Source: Octopus sinensis (lineage: Eukaryota). From it: a stretch of DNA of 64,000 bases. Below are positions 22,701 through 36,945 of the stretch, piece by piece. Location: contig NC_043002.1 of assembly GCF_006345805.1 (NCBI RefSeq), positions 54,002,001 through 54,066,000 on the forward strand. Reading direction: 5' to 3'. Numbering within the stretch: position 1 is the first letter of the stretch; each line of letters opens with the position of its first letter. The notes under the pieces are model-generated. The model was not told the DNA's origin. It was given only the letters and a program-made list of their open reading frames with translations, and searched no databases. The position numbers and the translations under genes are program-made.

Positions 22701-23454
22701 AACAATCGTGTATAATTTCTGTTTTATGTTGTTGTTTTTTGTTTTTGTTTTTTTTTTCATGCGATTTCTATACTTGAACAATTCTGCCTTAGTCACCTCC
22801 AGCAGTTTCATATTACCGCCTACGGCGGACAAATAGCTTGTTTTCCTTGAGTACATATTTCACATTATCAGTTTCTTTGCTTGGTACTTTTTCCATTTCT
22901 GGGAAATCCTTCACAGAAAAATAATTCCTTCAAAAGCAATATACAAATTGACAAAAAATACTTTTGCCAAAAATAATGACAAAAAGTAATTTTTGACAAA
23001 ATCATTTAACACAAATAATATTCATTAACTTTTGAAAGGGTAAAACAATCAAAGATTTCAAATCACAAGTTCAAATAGCAGTTGTTTCTAACAATATCAA
23101 AAGTTCCACAATTTTCTGTCCCGCGGGGCGAATATAACAGTTCATAAATTAAGAACAGTTCAAATTTCAACAAGTACAACAAACATTGCAATAACAATGA
23201 AACATTAGATAATAATAAATTTAATTCACAAACACGCAGTAGCCAAAAGGAGATGTACCTAAGCGAGGCAACTCTTAACGAACTATATAAACTATATAGC
23301 TTTATATATTATTCAGCCAACACATTGACTGATTTTCGCTCGATCGCCCGATCGAGAAAAAATGTCGGAGTAATGGCGCTTAGCAGTGTTTACGTATAAT
23401 CACAATATATATATATATATATATCTTATATATATAAGCGAAATACTAAAAGAC

Positions 23455-23513
<59 letters not shown>

Positions 23514-24479
23514 TATACATACATGTGTTTATGGATCGCTCGATCGGTCGATTGATGTATAAGCCAAAATAATTTGGTCTCCCTTGCATATTATATTTCC
23601 TGGATGCATACAATAAATGCCAAAATGATATACTACCGAATATTCCGATTTGAACTGCGACTAAAATAAAAAGCTGCCCAGCAATGAAATATAAAGATTT
23701 GAACTGCAGCTACAATAAATAGCTGCCCAGCAATGAATGGTTATAGGCGGTTTATCATTGAGTAGTTACGTGCATAGTCAAATAAAAGTATGAACAGTCA
23801 AATAACTGGTATTGGTTAAGATTATGAATAGATGGATGGATGGCTGGATGGATAACCTAAATTATAGATACTACAGTTCGGAAATGAAAACAAAAAAAAG
23901 CGAACAGATAAATGCAAATTATCCTGCCCATTTTTGCAATAGTTCCACCAACAAACCACAGAGGATAGGAACATTTTTATCGACCCCGAACAAAGAAAAC
24001 ATAAACTGGACTCGGCGGGATTTGAACTTAAAGAAAAGTTTGAATTAAATGCTATGGGACTTTCTATTGCAGTGAATAAATGACATTACCAACAACCTGA
24101 CCTGATGATTGTGGCAATTTTCTTTCAGTAGTATTATGTTTAGTTTGTATTTAGTGAGCGTCATTAATGAATGTATTTATATGCAAATGAGTACAATTGG
24201 TGTCAGTAACACATAGTATTTGTTGTAAGTAATTTTAAGCTGATTTCACTCTCCGTAGAGGAAATGAAGTAGGCACTCGATAAGCTGGTTATAACGAGGT
24301 GAAACCAGATCTGTTTATATAACCATATATGTTTATTAAAAGTACACAGAAATTCGTGCACACACTTATATAGAGAGAAAGAGATTGGGAGTATGCATAT
24401 ATGACAGTACAGATATGATCTATATAAAACTGTTGTGCATTAAAATGTAGCTAGACTACGATGTTGGCAAACCACAACG

Positions 24480-25130
24480 TTACATATACGAGATGGTGGT
24501 GCGACGACTGAGATGTCAGACCGCTCGAGAAAATCTTCCCAATGCACTCTGCATGTTAGTGAAATATCACTAAGAAAGGAGGCTGGAATAGATGCTAGGA
24601 TTGTTGATGCAGGACACAGTAATGCACTATCTTCAGTTCTGTTTTCGTGTTTAACGTGACCTATCACCATGAATATTGAGTAATGACCAAAAGAGGCCGA
24701 TCTTGAATACAAGAAGCCGATATAGGTTTCGTCCGAAGGATCTCCGAAGAATCTCCGAAGGAACATTAATTGAAAGTGTGCAGAGCTCGGAGATCTGGGA
24801 GTCTTTCCAGGTCGAGCCGCTGCTTCTCCGCATTGAGAGGTCACAGCTCCGGTACTAAGGATATGTACTTAGAATGTCACAGGAAAGAATCGCAGGAAGA
24901 TTTTTCAAACCGATCCAACCAGTAAGAGCCCTTCGGGTAGACCAAAAAGCAGACCATTGCATGGTTGGAGAATATCCATGGTTACAGTCGGTCATGTTTA
25001 GGAATCTAGCCGGAAAATCTAATGACGGTTGCTTCTCGTGGGACCCTATGGAGGAGGTGCCTGAGGATTCTACCCCAACGACTATCTCAGGAATTGTGGG
25101 TAGAGAAGGTGGATGAATAATAAACATAAT
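24480..25130 (+). mobile_element. 3' fragment of an RTE-clade LINE (Rex3/Expander-like)
   Basis: Plus frames give LTYHHEY*VMTKR..IQEADIGF and RRISEGTLIESVQSSEIWESFQVEPLLLRIERSQLRY*GYVLRMSQERIA, typical of the Rex3/Expander post-RT region. Confidence 0.85.
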
Positions 25131-25406
25131 TTAACCTTCATGGTAAACAGATACTGTGGTTATCTCCGCAAAACGATGCGAAGTACAAAAAAATAGATTA
25201 ACATAGTCGTTATCTATTCATTGGGTATATGTATTGTTCATCCCATAAATAATGCGGTTCTTTGTTATACTTTTTATTATTTTTCAAAATTAAGATGAAC
25301 AAATTTCTTATCTAAAATATACTCTCCTTCATTTTCTAGATGCCCTTCCATCTATCCGGTAGACTTGCAAAATCCACCTCCAGTACTGTTGTAATCTCGT
25401 CTACAG

Positions 25407-25490
25407 AATTCATATTTTTCCGTTCAAATGAGTTCGAAGACTTTAGAAAAAATGATAATCAGAAGAGACAATGTCCGGCGAATATGGTGG
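25407..25490 (+). CDS. Candidate internal exon, 84 nt, unassigned (phase 1-1: xFIFFRSNEFEDFRKNDNQKRQCPANMV)
   Basis: Acceptor ctcgtctacag and donor TGG|gtgagg. Length is a multiple of 3 and two frames are open. No recognised homology. Confidence 0.25.
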
Positions 25491-26284
25491 GTGAGGCATC
25501 GTTTTCCCTTCAAACTGCTCCAGCTTTTGCAATGTCATCCTCGCTGTATGTGGACGAGCATTAGACTCGGAAAGTTTAGGAGGAAACCATTGACCCAATT
25601 TGCTATCTTTTCCGATAGCAAGTAGGTGTCGATGAATGGTTTGACCAAATCAAAGATATATAAATAAATATGCATACAAACACACGAGTGCACACACACA
25701 CACAAACATGCATGCATGCATGCATACATATATACATACATACACACACTCACAACTAACACCACCATCTCACACACAAACATACACACACACATATATC
25801 CAGGAAATATATTTTATGGAAAATATCAAACCTAAATTATATTGTTATTGTCTATTTGACATTTCATTTCCATCTAAAAAGAATATGTTTCCTAATTGTG
25901 TTCGCACTATTAAATTATCTTATTTCATATGTCAGCCATTGTTGTTGACATGTGTTTCACAATCAGAATGTCATCGTTTGTTTTCCATTGTCACTTGGCA
26001 GACATTGAGATATTGTTTATTGATATGTCTTGTAATAACTGTAGGTGTTATCATTATAATATATGGATGGATTGGCATAATGGAGAGATCGATGGAGAAA
26101 ACGTATAACGTTTCTCTATTTACAGCCTTCTTTGTTCAAATCTGAGTTGAACTTTCTTCTTTCAACTTGCAGGGACAATAAAATATGAATACAATCAGAT
26201 AATGATTCGTTATAATAGACTATTCGGATCTCCCCAAATCTATGGCAGTTTTCCAGTGGCGGAAATCATTACTACTATTAAAAG

Positions 26285-26470
26285 AAGCGCGGTAGATTCG
26301 CAGATTCAGTATATCGTTGGTAAAACTGTTTACAATATTACTTCCGGCTCTTTACGATGTGTATTAAAATAGGCCAGGTTTTAATTTTGCCTTTCATTCT
26401 TTTGGGCTCGATAAAGCAAAGTGCCTGTCAAGTATTAGGATCGATTGTATCGATTAATCCCATCGCCAAT
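26285..26470 (+). mobile_element. Degenerate tRNA-derived SINE (GCCTTTCATCCTTTCGGGGTCGAT family)
   Basis: TTTTGCCTTTCATTCTTTTGGGCTCGATAAAG...GATCGATTGTATCGATT matches the family seen at 26581-26795 and 61038-61377. Confidence 0.55.
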
Positions 26471-26580
26471 CACAAACGCATACACATATTGAAAATTACT
26501 GTATTTGGGTCTAAGACATAGTTATTATTATACAATTGTGACTGTGATGGGGGTGGAAATTGACAGAATGTGTTATATAT

Positions 26581-26795
26581 TGGCTTCAAATTTTTGTACA
26601 ACACCAACAATTAAGGTGGAGGGATTAAGTCAATGACATTGACGTCAGTGCTCAACTGATACTTATTTTATCGACTCCGAAACAAGGAAAGGCAAAGTCG
26701 ACCTCAAAGGATTTTGAGCTCGGAACACAAAGACTGATGAAATGCCGCTTAGATTTTGCCCGGTGAGCTAACGGTTCTGCCAGCTCGCAGCCATA
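26581..26795 (-). mobile_element. tRNA-derived SINE (GCCTTTCATCCTTTCGGGGTCGAT family)
   Basis: The reverse complement begins GGCTGCGAGCTGGCAGAACCGTTAGC (A-box-like), with a B-box-like segment and GTCGACTTTGCCTTTCC...GTCGATAAAATAAGTATCAG. Confidence 0.8.
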
Positions 26796-27439
26796 GAATG
26801 TGTTATACATTAAAATTTGAATAATGTAGATTTGATGAGAATCAGTAGCTAATTCTAGTAGCTCGCGTCACCAAGTTCAGCCTATTTACCAATTTATTTG
26901 GTTTCTTAATATCAGTAGTCAGTAAATTCTATGTGAATATAGGAATTACTGATACTATAGACGTTTTAGTTGTTGCTTGTCTTATTATTCTCTTTATCTT
27001 CAGACAATCCGTGACCAAGTAGACTAATTATCAAAGAAATTAGTTGACTAATTATGAAAGATATTCCAACCCTGCCTTCTTGTGGGAGCTTAGTGTTCTC
27101 GCCTTTTAGGTTGCAAGTATGATGAGTTAGAAATCTGGGTCCTATTTCTATGAAATCGAATAGTTAAATGGTAACTGGTAGGGTTCGAAATCAGTCAAGC
27201 TATGTAGATTAAGGATCCTAAGTTGATATTTTCTTGTAATTAATTCTATCATATATAAAACTGTGTTATCTGTCAACTTGAGTTTCCAAGAGAGTCGGAG
27301 ATATCTGATATATCTTTTGGAGTTTGTATAGTATTGCTTCCAACTTGTCTGCAATAAATATTTTATGGAACTATATATTTAGTTAATGCCAGACAGAATA
27401 ATTGAGAAGTATGCAACAACAGGGACAGAAGGAGTTGGG

Positions 27440-27520
27440 GGAGGGCGTGGAGGATGAGGTGGTGGAGAAGAAGAAGAAGAAGAAGAAGAAGAAGAAGAAG
27501 AAGAAAAATAATAATAATAA

Positions 27521-27551
<31 letters not shown>

Positions 27552-27615
27552 AAGAAGAAGAAGAAGAAGAAGAAGAAGAAGAAGAAGAAGAAGAAGAAGA
27601 AGAAGAAGAAGAAAC
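27440..27615. repeat. Compound (GAA)n/(AAT)n microsatellite
   Basis: Read directly; source of the poly-K/R/L/S pseudo-ORFs. Confidence 0.95.
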
Positions 27616-28099
27616 ATGTATTATCTTCATGTTGAGATCAAAAGGTGGTATCGCTGTCTTATACGTATGATTCTGAAAAGCATCAGAGTAAAATGACATC
27701 GAATTACGAATGCTTAGTGGCTTGTGAATCAATTGAGCACATGAGAAATGGCAGTATTATTTCATTTTCATTTTATATGAAATACATGAGTACGTGTATG
27801 TATCAAAATACATCTGAAAGGAATGGTAAACCAGACATTTTTCAAAGGACTAAATGAATAAAATTTAGAAAGATATCGATGAATAAACGACCGTCTAATT
27901 AAATTTAAAAGCAAATCAAAGCATATATAATAAAATAAGTGTATTACACGTTAAAATGGTTGTATTTTCGTAAATTGTTTGCATTCATGGAACATAAAGA
28001 GACCCATCGTTAGCCGGAAGGTATGTATGAAAATTTAATTTCGCATGTAATATTATACACGCAGACACAGGCGGGGTTGCGTAATAAGAAAGGCGAGGA

Positions 28100-28490
28100 C
28101 GTGGCTGTGTGGTAAAAGTTTGCTTCCAAACCATATAGTTCCAGGTTCAGTCCCACAGTGTGGAAGCTTGAGAAAATGTCTTTTACTATAGTCTCAGCCG
28201 ACCAAAGCCTTGTGAGTGAATTTAGTAGACGGAAATTAAAAAACGCCCGTCGAACAAACTATATACGTAGTGTGGAGGTGTTTCTCTGCCTGTGCTTTCC
28301 CTCAACGCTGCTTGAAAACCAATGACGGAATGTTTACGTCCCTGGAACTTAATGATTCGGCAAAATATCGGGTTTATAAACAAAATCTCTATTGAGGTCG
28401 ATTCTTTCGACTGAAAAACCTTCAAAGCAGTCACCCAGTATGACTGCAGTCTAATGACTGGGAAAAAAGAAAAGATAAAAAAGATACCCG
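28100..28490 (+). mobile_element. CORE-like tRNA SINE, diverged full copy
   Basis: GTGGCTGTGTGGTAAAAG...CCAGGTTCAGTCCCAC...ACCAAAGCCTTGTGAGTG...CCAGTATGACTGCAGTC. Confidence 0.8.
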
Positions 28491-29753
28491 TGACCACTTG
28501 GTCAAGACAGATCTTTTTTTTAAATTGAAAGCATATATCAGAAAATGAAAGTATATTATGCATATATGCAATCGTATTTCAGTAATAATTGAAACAATTA
28601 AAATTATGCATGCGAGCAAAACTTAAACTACACAGAATTCAAATTTCCTCTATTTATACACTGAACAACCAATACAGTATCTATTAAAAAATACAACTGT
28701 AATCGTACACGAAATTATTATTTTATAATTTTTCAAAATAAATCCGGAAGGCAGTGTAAAGCAGGTGTTTACCGAAGAATTAAATCAACTATGTTTAGAG
28801 AGTTAATAACCAGTATGCTCAAGACTGAAAGAATTTTTTAAAATAACACTTGAAGGTATATATAAAAAAATGAAAATATATCATACATATACATAACTGT
28901 ATTTCAGTAATCAACTTGAAATTATAAATATGTAAACAAAATAAGAGAAATTTATATTTAGACAGATCATATACACTTTTGACAACAACTCCTTTACCCA
29001 CAAGATATAAAATTGTATTTCACTAAACTAGATGTATTCAAAAATATATAAACTGAAAATCTAAATTCATACAGGTCATATACACAAAACCATGAAGTGT
29101 AACATTAGTTTAAAACTTCAGAGTTTTAAATGCAACTTTCTTTTCAGTTCATATCCAGATTAAAACTGCAACCACATAGTTTTAAATGTACTGAAAAAAA
29201 TGCGCCATAAATTAGAAATGTATAAACGGGATCAAGCAATAAGGGTTAGGATGACATGAAGGAATATAGGCCACAGTTTAAATCATATCCATTAAGCCAA
29301 AAAGATAATATGCACAAGCAAAACTGGGTTTCGTGAAATCTGTTGAACTCACGAAGGCACATATAAAGCAAAAGATGTATTTACCTAGGTGTTTTCAAAA
29401 CATTAAGATTAATAGCTCAGAACACTTTAAAGTGTGTTTAACAGTAATAATTATCCTGAGCACCATAACGAGTGCTTCGAATAATTATTTTATGCAAATT
29501 CAGTCTACATATACATATTTCAGGATTTTGCGCCAACTGTCCGATTTCAGTATAGGTACCTTACATGACGCGAAGAATCGTGGAAACTCTATAAAGTGGT
29601 CTTGAATGTGTGTGTGTAGCGTAAGTGTATAACAATATTATAATGTATAAACACATACACGCGCGCGCGCACACACTCACACACACACAAAGACACATAC
29701 ATATATATATGTATATAACAACATGTTCATGAACATATATCTATATGCATATA

Positions 29754-29834
<81 letters not shown>

Positions 29835-29837
29835 ATG

Positions 29838-29869
<32 letters not shown>

Positions 29870-31664
29870 TATATACGTAGATATATATATATATATATAT
29901 TTATATGAACTCCTCTTTCCTGAGCGTCCAATAATACTATACTTGTTCCACGTCCTCGCGTTGTTGTGTTTTCTCTTTGTGTTTTCATGTTTGGATTAAC
30001 TTTATATACATACACGTATGTATAAACACATTGTATTTATATTGTTTATATTATGAAAGAAATATAGATACATAAATGCATAAATATTAATATATATATA
30101 TATTATACAGATAAATATTTCATAGATATACTATATGCAATATAAATGAGTATGTCTCTCCATACGCACAGATGCATATATGTATGTTGGTGTAAATGAT
30201 GTATAAGGAAGATTTATCGACTACTCAGCTTTTTAGTTCTGTTTATTTAGATTCTTTGTGTATTTCATTATGCTTTGGCGTCTGTATTCTTCAAATTATG
30301 TCGTACAACTTCTTTTACTAAAATTGAATTAGCGTTGCAGTTGGTACTAACTAGCATTGCTGCAACTATATTGTAGAAACGATACAAATATTGAATATTG
30401 ATTTCAAGACAAAATAACTAACAGCTACTTTTGAACAGAAAGAATGTGGAATTGAAACAGTTGTCCTACCTCACAATAATAATAAGGTCACAAACTGTCA
30501 TTATTTATTACTCTTCCCAGCAGATGAATTAATAAAATTAGAATTTACAGGTATGAAATTTTAAATTATATATAATTTTGAAATATAAACTCCCCAGTGC
30601 TGCTCTAAAATAACTAGCATTATCGGCCTTTCTTATTTTTTTCTGATCATAGGTTGGGTCGACACACCGCTAAAATCGCAAGTATACACTCGGTAGTGTA
30701 GTCCTAGATATATTGTCTCATATAATCCCTTAATATTTTACGCTAAACTGTAAATCAACTATGATCAGTAAATAAACTATGATCAAAACCATTCGAGTTC
30801 TGACTATATAGTTTCTAATTGAAGCAATGCAGCTTGGATTAAACTATTCAGTATACTATTTCCTTTCTCAAACGGTATAACTGACTACTATTTCAGCAAG
30901 TAGAGCAAACAATTTGTGACTCTTTTGTTAACTCCAAAATTCAGTATTTTTATATAAGTATACTGTAGTGTAATATAAAATATTTAAGTATAATTTAGTA
31001 TAATATAATACATTTAAGTATAATGTAGTGTAATATAATATGCAGTCTTACAATGTCGTACCCCCATAGAATTGCATTTCTATCATTTCTCATTCTTTTA
31101 CTTTCTCTTTACTATTCTTCTTCTGATGAAAGACAAGTGTGTGAAGCGTCAAGATTCCTCCCACTTTTTATAAGCGCTAAATCTATTTCCTCCCTTGTAT
31201 TTTGTGCTCATTAATAACATATAATAACAAGACTTCCACCTGAGATCGTTCCACTCCGTATTGTTGTTTCTGCCGTTAACGTTTAAACCCAAATTACAGC
31301 TCAACGATTAGACTTACGATCAAAGGCATTCAAGCGGTGAACATCCCGTATTTTTAATAGTTTCTAGCAATATATTATCCAATAGGTATTTCATGTATCT
31401 GAAAGACCGTAAGATTTTATATGACGGAGATATGACTACTATTTCTAAACATCACCCACCCATCCACCCTCGCCACGCACACACACGTTTTTGTGATATA
31501 TGTGTAACTCTATACTTATTGGTAGTAGCTCTGTGTATTTGTAAATATATAATCGGTTTATGTTGCTTACAAAAAATAAAATAAAATCATTGATATGAAT
31601 TATTTGATCTGCAATATTTCTGATATTGTGCTTATATTTTACACACACACACACACCACACACA

Positions 31665-31805
<141 letters not shown>

Positions 31806-32982
31806 TATACATATATGCACATTTTTCGCATGTATATGCATATGTATAAGAACATGAATATGAATAAGAACGTAATATGCAAGAACGCACACATGTATAC
31901 ACACACACATATACCTTCGTGTATGTATAAATAAAACGAAAGGATAAGCCTGATTCGCAAAGTGTATTTTTGACATGCAATTGAATCGCGAAACTTGGTA
32001 ACATTTAAATTTCAAACAGACGAATTAAGACGTGATTTATGGCGTTCCCATAGTGATGCGATAGACTTAGATATGTTTTATATTTGTAAGATTACGTTAC
32101 AAATTGAGAAGGCAGGCATTTTGTGTTAGCTTAATTATAATATTGGAATCAGTATGTAGCAATCGTTCTGACATTTAAATTACTGTTATGATCCCTTTTT
32201 TTTTTTGATTTTTTATTTCTTATCTTTGTTGGTTGAGCATTAAGAATTTTCGTCTTTGAATCACTCTGTTTCTATGTTCAAAGAAGAAATGTTATTTTTT
32301 TTTTTATCTACAAGTCGAAAGAAATTGGATGATATGAAATATTGGTTTCAAATTTTGACACAAGGTCAGGGTCAGTGGATGATGTAGAATATAGAAAAAT
32401 GATGTTGATAACAAACGGAATACAGATTTTAATTACCACAAATATGGGATAGTAGCTTTGCAATACATATGTGTTTCTTTTTAGGACTTATTCTTTTGGT
32501 CAAAGGGCAGTATCTTTAGCGTGAGTGGTTAACGACGAAAAAGGTCCCCGCCCCACAAATCCCCACATATCTGGGCCGTCAAGCAGGAAGATGTAACACA
32601 GCAAGACGTAGCGCAGCAAAATCTAAAGTTATATCTCATGACACGCCTAGACAGAGTAAATCGCCTGCAATGGACTTTGCATATTTCAAAATAAAAGTAG
32701 GAGAAAATGAGATTGATAAAGTCTACCAGTCTGCCATAAACTTATTTGACTCTTTGACTCATAGACATTCTAGCACACTCATAAAAGAAAATGCATATGG
32801 GCTGGACCGCTGAATTCAACATATATTTTTTCATTCTGTTTATTTCCTTTTATTCCCTTCAATTAAAGAGCGTAGGATCGAAACGTAAAAGACTTTTTTT
32901 CATTTTTCCTGAGGGTCAAACTGATACACTTACTTGTTATTTAGACACCTGTTTTCGTCTTTTGTTTGTAATAAATTTCAAC

Positions 32983-33034
<52 letters not shown>

Positions 33035-33119
33035 TAAAGAGAGAGAGGGGGAGAGAAAGAGAGAGAGTTTGTGAGAGGTAATGGTGTCAGTGAGACCTAA
33101 AGGTGTCAGGTAATGCAGA

Positions 33120-33159
<40 letters not shown>

Positions 33160-33190
33160 TTGTTTAGATATATATATACATACGTATACA

Positions 33191-33233
<43 letters not shown>

Positions 33234-33595
33234 ATATGCATATATAATATACACATATGTATATATATAATTATACACAATAGATATATACATGCACACA
33301 TATATGTATACGTGCATGCACACACACACACACACATACGCACATGAACACATACATGCACACATATATGTATTATTAATAATCGGCAGAAGTTACAGAA
33401 TTACTCAATAACACAAGGGCTATGTGTGTTGGCCCTTATCAAACCGGTTTTAAATCAAGGAGTTTTATATATTGGTGATAATGATACTTTTATGGATTGT
33501 TGCAGAACAAATTACTAAAGCATTTACAAAGTCACGAGAAACATATTGGATATTTTTCGAATGGTTTGCTCGTAACGCGATTAAATTATGAATAA

Positions 33596-33650
<55 letters not shown>

Positions 33651-34102
33651 AACAAATGAGGAAATTTTAAAATATCTGCATACATATAAACACGTAATTG
33701 AGACTGCCTGTGAATATATATGCATGCAAGAACAGTGTGTACATGAATACACACGTACTCAGGCATGCATATTCATACATTCATAAAAACACATGCCTAT
33801 GCATATGTGGAAATATAAAAGAATAAAAATATGTAAATCCGTGTGTATGTAAAATTTTTGTATTCCCAATATGGAAAATCCCCAAAGATTAACCCTTCGA
33901 TTGAGCAATGGACTGCTGACCGTGCTTGCATATAAAGAACGATAGAAATGAAAGAGTTAAATAATAAATATAACAATTTGAATAGAAATTGAAAATCAAT
34001 AGGGAGGTAAGCTATCGGTTAAGAAAGGATAGTGAAATATATACCACCATAATGAATAATAGATTAATATGTATGTGTGTGTATATATATATATATATAT
34101 AA

Positions 34103-34136
<34 letters not shown>

Positions 34137-34584
34137 CATACATACATACATGCATGTATACATATATATGTAGACACACACACATATATATATATCGTTA
34201 TTAAATCATAAATCCCAAAAAGAAGCACGTTTCAAATTATAGAGCAGTAAAGTCTATAGATAAATATAGATATGGCCGGTCTGTGGGTTAACCTGGGTTT
34301 CACGTCTACAATGCGGTTAGGTTTACAGCGTTTCTTCAGATCGCAAACCCGTTGGCCTATGCATCTCTAGCAAGTGACCTCTCTAGAAAATGGAGGAGTA
34401 AATGTCTCCGTTACTGTCAACAACGAGGGATTGTCTCCCTTTGATCACTATTTGTTATTGACCCTATTGGAATTTCCTAAAGTGCAAGCAGGGTCCGAAG
34501 TGCCTCTATATTCCCCACCTGGACAGAGCACCCCGCATCGCAGTATAATTCATTTTTACCAGTCGAGTAAACTTGAGAAATGTA

Positions 34585-34690
34585 AAATGAAGTGTTTTGC
34601 TGAAGAATACAACGCGTCGACTGGTCCAGGATCGAAACCACAATCTTACAATCTTGAGTCCAATATCCTAACCACTAAGCCAGGCACCTC
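34585..34690 (-). mobile_element. tRNA SINE head, same family as 5412-5670
   Basis: The reverse complement reads GGCTTAGTGGTTAGGATATTGGACTCAAGATTGTAAGATTGTGGTTTCGATCCTGGACCAGTCGACGCGTTG. Confidence 0.75.
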
Positions 34691-34704
34691 AACCTGTGTG
34701 TGTT

Positions 34705-34770
<66 letters not shown>

Positions 34771-35290
34771 TAGGTACCCAAAATAACCTCCACCACATAT
34801 ATTAATACCTATAGAAAAAATTGACAGAAGAAATATGACCATTTTTTCCCTTACATATATAGCTATATAAGTTTCATTTTCCTGAGGAATTGATATAGTA
34901 TCACTTAATTTCATTTATCTTTATTGTTTAGCTGCAGTGTCAATCTTTGTCTCCTGTGCTAGACAACAAAACTTAAATAGCAAGATGAAAGGATTTCAGC
35001 AATATTTTTATCATTTCCTTGAGATAATTCTAAATTTACATATCTGCAAATAAATGCATAAAGAAAAGAGACAACCAATACTTGTGATTAATTTGCTATA
35101 AATATTGATAAATGTGTGTGTATGTTTGTGTCTGGGTGTATCATATTACATAAGATACTCATATATGCATTGATATTTGTCGGTATGAAGCAGCGTAGAA
35201 AAGAAAGATTACGAACACAAATTAGCAAGGAAGTGTTTACGATTGACAAGCAAGTTCCTAGATTTTTACCTATTGTTCTCCAATTTCCAG

Positions 35291-35369
35291 ATTATGATTG
35301 TACAGCGATACGCATGGCAGACCAAATTGCCGTCTTATCTATCCACAAATATCTACATTTATGATATTT
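35291..35369 (+). CDS. Candidate internal exon, unassigned (IMIVQRYAWQTKLPSYLSTNIYIYDI)
   Basis: Acceptor tttttacctattgttctccaatttccag and donor TTT|gtgagt. One frame is open throughout. No recognised homology. Confidence 0.22.
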
Positions 35370-35897
35370 GTGAGTTGTTGGCGGTAGTTTTTGATGAATG
35401 TTTTTGTTCTTTATTCTGGCTCGAATATTTTCAAGGCTTCCATTTGTGCTTAACAATTGCTGGTTATATATTAGCAAGCAGTGAGTATTGTCTGCTCTAA
35501 TTGACGATGTGAATTATTTACAGTGTCATTAACTATGTATTTTCAGTAACGAGAGTAGGCAATTAAATGCATAAGTTTTCTATGCATTTCTACTATGCTA
35601 TTTATATTTAAAAAATTGTTGGGTTTTTTTTTATTATTCGTTTATTCTGCTTGTGTATCTGCAAATTATATATACGTATGTGCGTGCGTGTGTGTGTTTG
35701 TCTATATCTTTTTATCTATCTATCTATCCATCTATCTATCTATCCATATATATATATAATATATATAATATATATTATATATATATAATATATATATTAT
35801 ATATATATATATATATATTTATATAATATATTTTATATATATATTTAATATAATATTTATATATATTTGTATTATATATGTATATATTTATAAATAC

Positions 35898-35964
<67 letters not shown>

Positions 35965-36599
35965 CATACATATATATATTATAATACACATTTATATACA
36001 TGTATATACAATGTATATGTATCTAAGAATCTATGTACGCATGTTATACATACGTATCTATGTAAGTGTATATATACATATGTGTGTGTTTGTGTGTGTG
36101 TGTGTAAGTGTGCCTGTGTGTGTATAAATATATATGCGTGCATATATACATTGATATGTATAAATGTTCGTACGCATATATATATATATATATATACAAC
36201 CATATGTGGTTATATAGATGTGTATGTGTGTGTATGTGTATTGCAGCAATCACCTTCCCTCTTACTGTTGTTATTTATTTATTCCATGCCTCTCTGTCTC
36301 CTGTTGTGATTTTTACATGTAATATGACACCTATTCACACAATGATCTCCCTCAAGATCAGTTTTCTTTTATTTATTTTCGTCTTATTTATCTATAACAG
36401 AACACCACCTTTCCCATTATATTTACCAGCCCATTTAGTATTATACATTGGATCGTGCTTTATACATTGTAAATATATTGAGTATTAAAAGATCTGACAT
36501 TATGAAAAATTAACAAAATTTCTAGCGCTAACTTTTACGCATTTTACAGTATGTATATCTCCTTCATTCTGTTTGCCAATCTCTCTGTTTCTCTTTCTT

Positions 36600-36694
<95 letters not shown>

Positions 36695-36731
36695 GCCTCT
36701 GCACTCACACACATACACATTTATACATACA

Positions 36732-36800
<69 letters not shown>

Positions 36801-36913
36801 TCACACGCAGTCAGGCACATACACTTACGTATGCAGACGTGTGTGTACGCGTGTATGTTTGCATCTATGAATGTATGCATGTATGTATGCATGCATGCAT
36901 GTTTCTATGTGTG

Positions 36914-36945
<32 letters not shown>

